NCBI GenBank assembly: GCA_016712445.1
Contig: JADJRB010000010.1
Location: forward strand, 85,778-117,777
DNA length: 32,000 bases
Direction of reading: 5' to 3'
DNA from: Acidobacteriota bacterium
Lineage (GTDB): Bacteria; Pseudomonadota; Alphaproteobacteria; Caulobacterales; Hyphomonadaceae
Positions 29,939 to 32,000 of this stretch are shown one piece after another. The notes beneath the pieces are model-generated. The model was not told where the DNA came from. It worked only from the letters and a program-made list of their open reading frames with translations, and made no database searches. Both the position numbers and the translations under genes were made by a program. Positions within the stretch are counted from its first letter, which is position 1. Each line of letters starts with the position of its first letter.

Positions 29939-31198
29939 GTGGTTCGATTCTTCAGGTTGATGGCCGGACTGCTCGCCGCCGCGATGGGATTCGGGTTGCA
30001 GCCCGCGAGCGCGCTCGATATCCGGCTCGCCGGCTTCACCTCCCCCACGCTGATTGCGCAGGCACAACTGCTGCGCCTTGACGCGACCTTGCAACAGGCC
30101 ATGGGCACCGGGGATTTCGTCGGGCTTGCGGTTGCCGTGGTGCGCAATGGCGAAGTCACATTCCTGCACACTTACGGCGAGACCGAGACCGGCACAGGCG
30201 AGGCCGTCACGGCGGACACAGTGTTCCGGATTGCCTCGCTGTCGAAAGGCTTTGCCTCAAGCATGGTGGGGCTCGCGGCGTCGGAGGGCCGCCTCTCGCT
30301 GGATGCCCCGGTCTCCGGCTTTGCGCCGGAGCTGGCGCTGCCGGGCGGCGGCGAGAAGACGCTCACCCTGGCAAGTCTTCTCAGCCAGCGCACGGGCCTG
30401 CCGCCGAACGCGTATGACAACCTGCTGGAAGAGGGTATCGAACCCGTCCGCATACTGCCGATGTACCGCAAGGTGAAACCGACCTGCGCGGCCGCGTCGT
30501 GCTATGCCTACCAGAACGTCACCTACGATCTTTCCGGGCGGGCGCTCGCGGCCGCCTATGGCGAGAGCTATCCGGAACTGGTCGGGGAACGCCTGTTCGC
30601 GCGCCTTGGCATGACAACCGCGTCCTACGGGCTGGACGGGCTCACCCATACCGGCAACTGGGCGCGCCCGCACACGCGCGCGCGCCAGAGGGACCCCGCC
30701 CTGCCGCCGAATCCCTGGACGCGGCTGGAGGTGAAACTCCCCTACTATGCCATCCCGGCGGCGGGCGGCGTGAATGCCTCGATCAAGGACATGGCGCAGT
30801 GGCTGAATGCCCAGCTCGGCCATGCGCCGGATGTGCTACCGCCGGAGGTGCTGGACCTCATCCACACGCCGCAGGTGGCGACGCCTACCGAGACGCAGCG
30901 CATGCGCGACGTGATGCCGGCGCTGGCGGCATCGCACTATGCTTATGGCTGGCGCGTGTATGACTATGCGGGCCGCACGGTGGTGGCGCATGGCGGCTCG
31001 GTCGACGGCTACGGCGCCCACATCATGTTCCTGCCGGATGAGGATACCGGCATCGTGGTCCTGTCGAACACGCGCACGCGCCGCATGTGGGCCATCGCGC
31101 CGATGTTCATGGACCTGACGCTCGGCCTCGAGCCGAAGGACTGGCTGGGACTGGAGCCGGAGCCGCCGGTACACGATGAGCGCGTCGCGGCGCCGTGA
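29939..31198 (+). CDS. Serine hydrolase, beta-lactamase class C / esterase family (secreted)
   Basis: SxxK motif in FRIASLSKGFAS, a YxN-like YAYQNV, and AHGGSVDGYGA near the C-terminus. I prefer GTG 29939 because AAGGGA lies 7 nt upstream and it yields the signal peptide MVRFFRLMAGLLAAAMGFGLQPASA. The track start 29876 and ATG 29960 are alternatives. Confidence 0.7.
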   Translation: MVRFFRLMAGLLAAAMGFGLQPASALDIRLAGFTSPTLIAQAQLLRLDATLQQAMGTGDFVGLAVAVVRNGEVTFLHTYGETETGTGEAVTADTVFRIASLSKGFASSMVGLAASEGRLSLDAPVSGFAPELALPGGGEKTLTLASLLSQRTGLPPNAYDNLLEEGIEPVRILPMYRKVKPTCAAASCYAYQNVTYDLSGRALAAAYGESYPELVGERLFARLGMTTASYGLDGLTHTGNWARPHTRARQRDPALPPNPWTRLEVKLPYYAIPAAGGVNASIKDMAQWLNAQLGHAPDVLPPEVLDLIHTPQVATPTETQRMRDVMPALAASHYAYGWRVYDYAGRTVVAHGGSVDGYGAHIMFLPDEDTGIVVLSNTRTRRMWAIAPMFMDLTLGLEPKDWLGLEPEPPVHDERVAAP

Positions 31199-31306
31199 AC
31201 CGATCCTGAAAAAATGGACACGGGCGCAGCTGAGCCGCGCGCGGAACGATTCGCGGAACGGGACGTAGCATCTGCATCCCCAAACCCGCAGAGAAGGAGT
31301 CAGCAA

Positions 31307-31870
31307 ATGACCCATCACACCGATTCCAGAACAGTAGCCATTCTCGCCGCCGACGGGTTCGAGCAAGTCGAACTCACCTCGCCGCGCGACAGGCTGCAGG
31401 AGACCGGCGTGAAGACGCACATCGTGTCGCTGAAGGGCGGCACGATCCAGGCCAACAAGCACCGCGAGCATGGCGACACATTCGAGGTCGATGTCACGCT
31501 CGATAAGGCAAAGCCTTCTGATTATGACGCCCTCTTGATCCCCGGCGGCCTGTTCAGCCCGGATGCACTGCGCACAGATCAGAGGGTGCAAAGCTTCGTG
31601 AAGGCATTCTTCGACGCCAGGAAACCTGTGTTTGCGATCTGCCACGGGCCTCAGGTGCTGATTTCGGCGGGCGTGGTCCGTGGGCGGAGCATGACCGCCG
31701 TGAAGGCTGTGCAGAAGGACCTGGAAAATGCCGGCGCCAAGGTCAGCGATGAGGCCGTGGTGGTAGACGCCGGCCTCGTGACCTCACGCACGCCGGACGA
31801 TCTCGACCAGTTCAATGCGCGCATCGTTTCGGAACTGGCGCGGGCAGAGACCGCCTCGCAGAGTCGCTGA
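31307..31870 (+). CDS. DJ-1/PfpI family (type 1 glutamine amidotransferase-like) protein
   Basis: The sequence runs VAILAADGFEQVELTSP...YDALLIPGG...PVFAICHGPQVLISAG (nucleophile-elbow Cys-His)...VVDAGLVTSRTPDDL. AAGGAG lies 7 nt before ATG 31307. Confidence 0.85.
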   Translation: MTHHTDSRTVAILAADGFEQVELTSPRDRLQETGVKTHIVSLKGGTIQANKHREHGDTFEVDVTLDKAKPSDYDALLIPGGLFSPDALRTDQRVQSFVKAFFDARKPVFAICHGPQVLISAGVVRGRSMTAVKAVQKDLENAGAKVSDEAVVVDAGLVTSRTPDDLDQFNARIVSELARAETASQSR

Positions 31871-31926
31871 GGCCGGCGCCAGCGTTCATCGATCATTGGA
31901 GCGGGACCGAAAGCAGCCCAAGCCGC

Positions 31927-32000
31927 TCAGCGCGTGTCCGGCCGTTCGATCGCTTCGATGACAGGCGTGAGGAAATCCGCGAGCGGCGCCGCGATGCGGA
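31927..32000 (-). CDS. 3' end of an unidentified minus-strand gene (partial)
   Basis: The reverse complement reads ...RIAAPLADFLTPVIEAIERPDTR-stop (TGA at 31927-31929) with GC3 bias. It is too short to identify. Confidence 0.25.
   Translation of the reverse strand, partial: RIAAPLADFLTPVIEAIERPDTR

Noticed and set aside
30836-31645. 269-aa minus-strand ORF overlapping the serine hydrolase and DJ-1 genes
   Set aside because: It crosses an intergenic region that has an SD for the plus-strand gene. It has no motifs. It is a shadow ORF.
1-32000. CRISPR arrays, transposons, prophage, toxin-antitoxin or known defence-system genes
   Set aside because: I looked for regularly spaced repeats, transposase or integrase signatures and small paired ORFs. 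I saw none. The only repeats are the REP-like hairpins near 14924-15056 and the intragenic duplications reported above.

Overview
A visibly GC-rich window with strong GC3 codon bias. It reads as alphaproteobacterial chromosome. The gene content, a fliF-like/fliG/flbE-position/fliN operon next to a SciP-type gene, and a TTAA-N7-TTAA box together suggest a Caulobacterales/Hyphomonadaceae-like organism; that placement is inference. I support about 38 protein genes, one tRNA (anticodon CAT), several hairpin terminators and a few candidate operator sites. I saw no rRNA, CRISPR array, transposase, integrase or phage gene. Most genes are housekeeping: clpS-clpA, phasin, a PBP5-type carboxypeptidase, kpsF, a CapD-like dehydratase, phhA, an HU-like protein, proC, ubiK, lgt, a MidA-type methyltransferase, an LLM oxidoreductase, a serine hydrolase and a DJ-1/PfpI protein. 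Four loci deserve a second look. (1) 16063-18309 (minus strand) holds four translationally coupled flagellar rotor genes. The first encodes only about 215 aa where a 520-580 aa FliF is expected; a perfect CtrA-type box and a SciP-like gene sit immediately upstream. (2) 11249-13854 (minus strand) is a five-gene operon of small detox or unknown-function proteins (GST, two VOC-fold proteins, DUF4287, a tandem double DUF1428). It diverges from a MarR gene across a palindrome. (3) bphO-bphP encodes a PAS-GAF-PHY phytochrome fused to an HWE kinase and a receiver. (4) 14516-14902 is a Trp-rich orphan ORF flanked by palindromes and REP-like hairpin repeats. Many long ORFs in the supplied track are antisense or frame-shadow artefacts of the high GC content and were rejected. 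All family assignments come from reading motifs in the translations. No database search was run.
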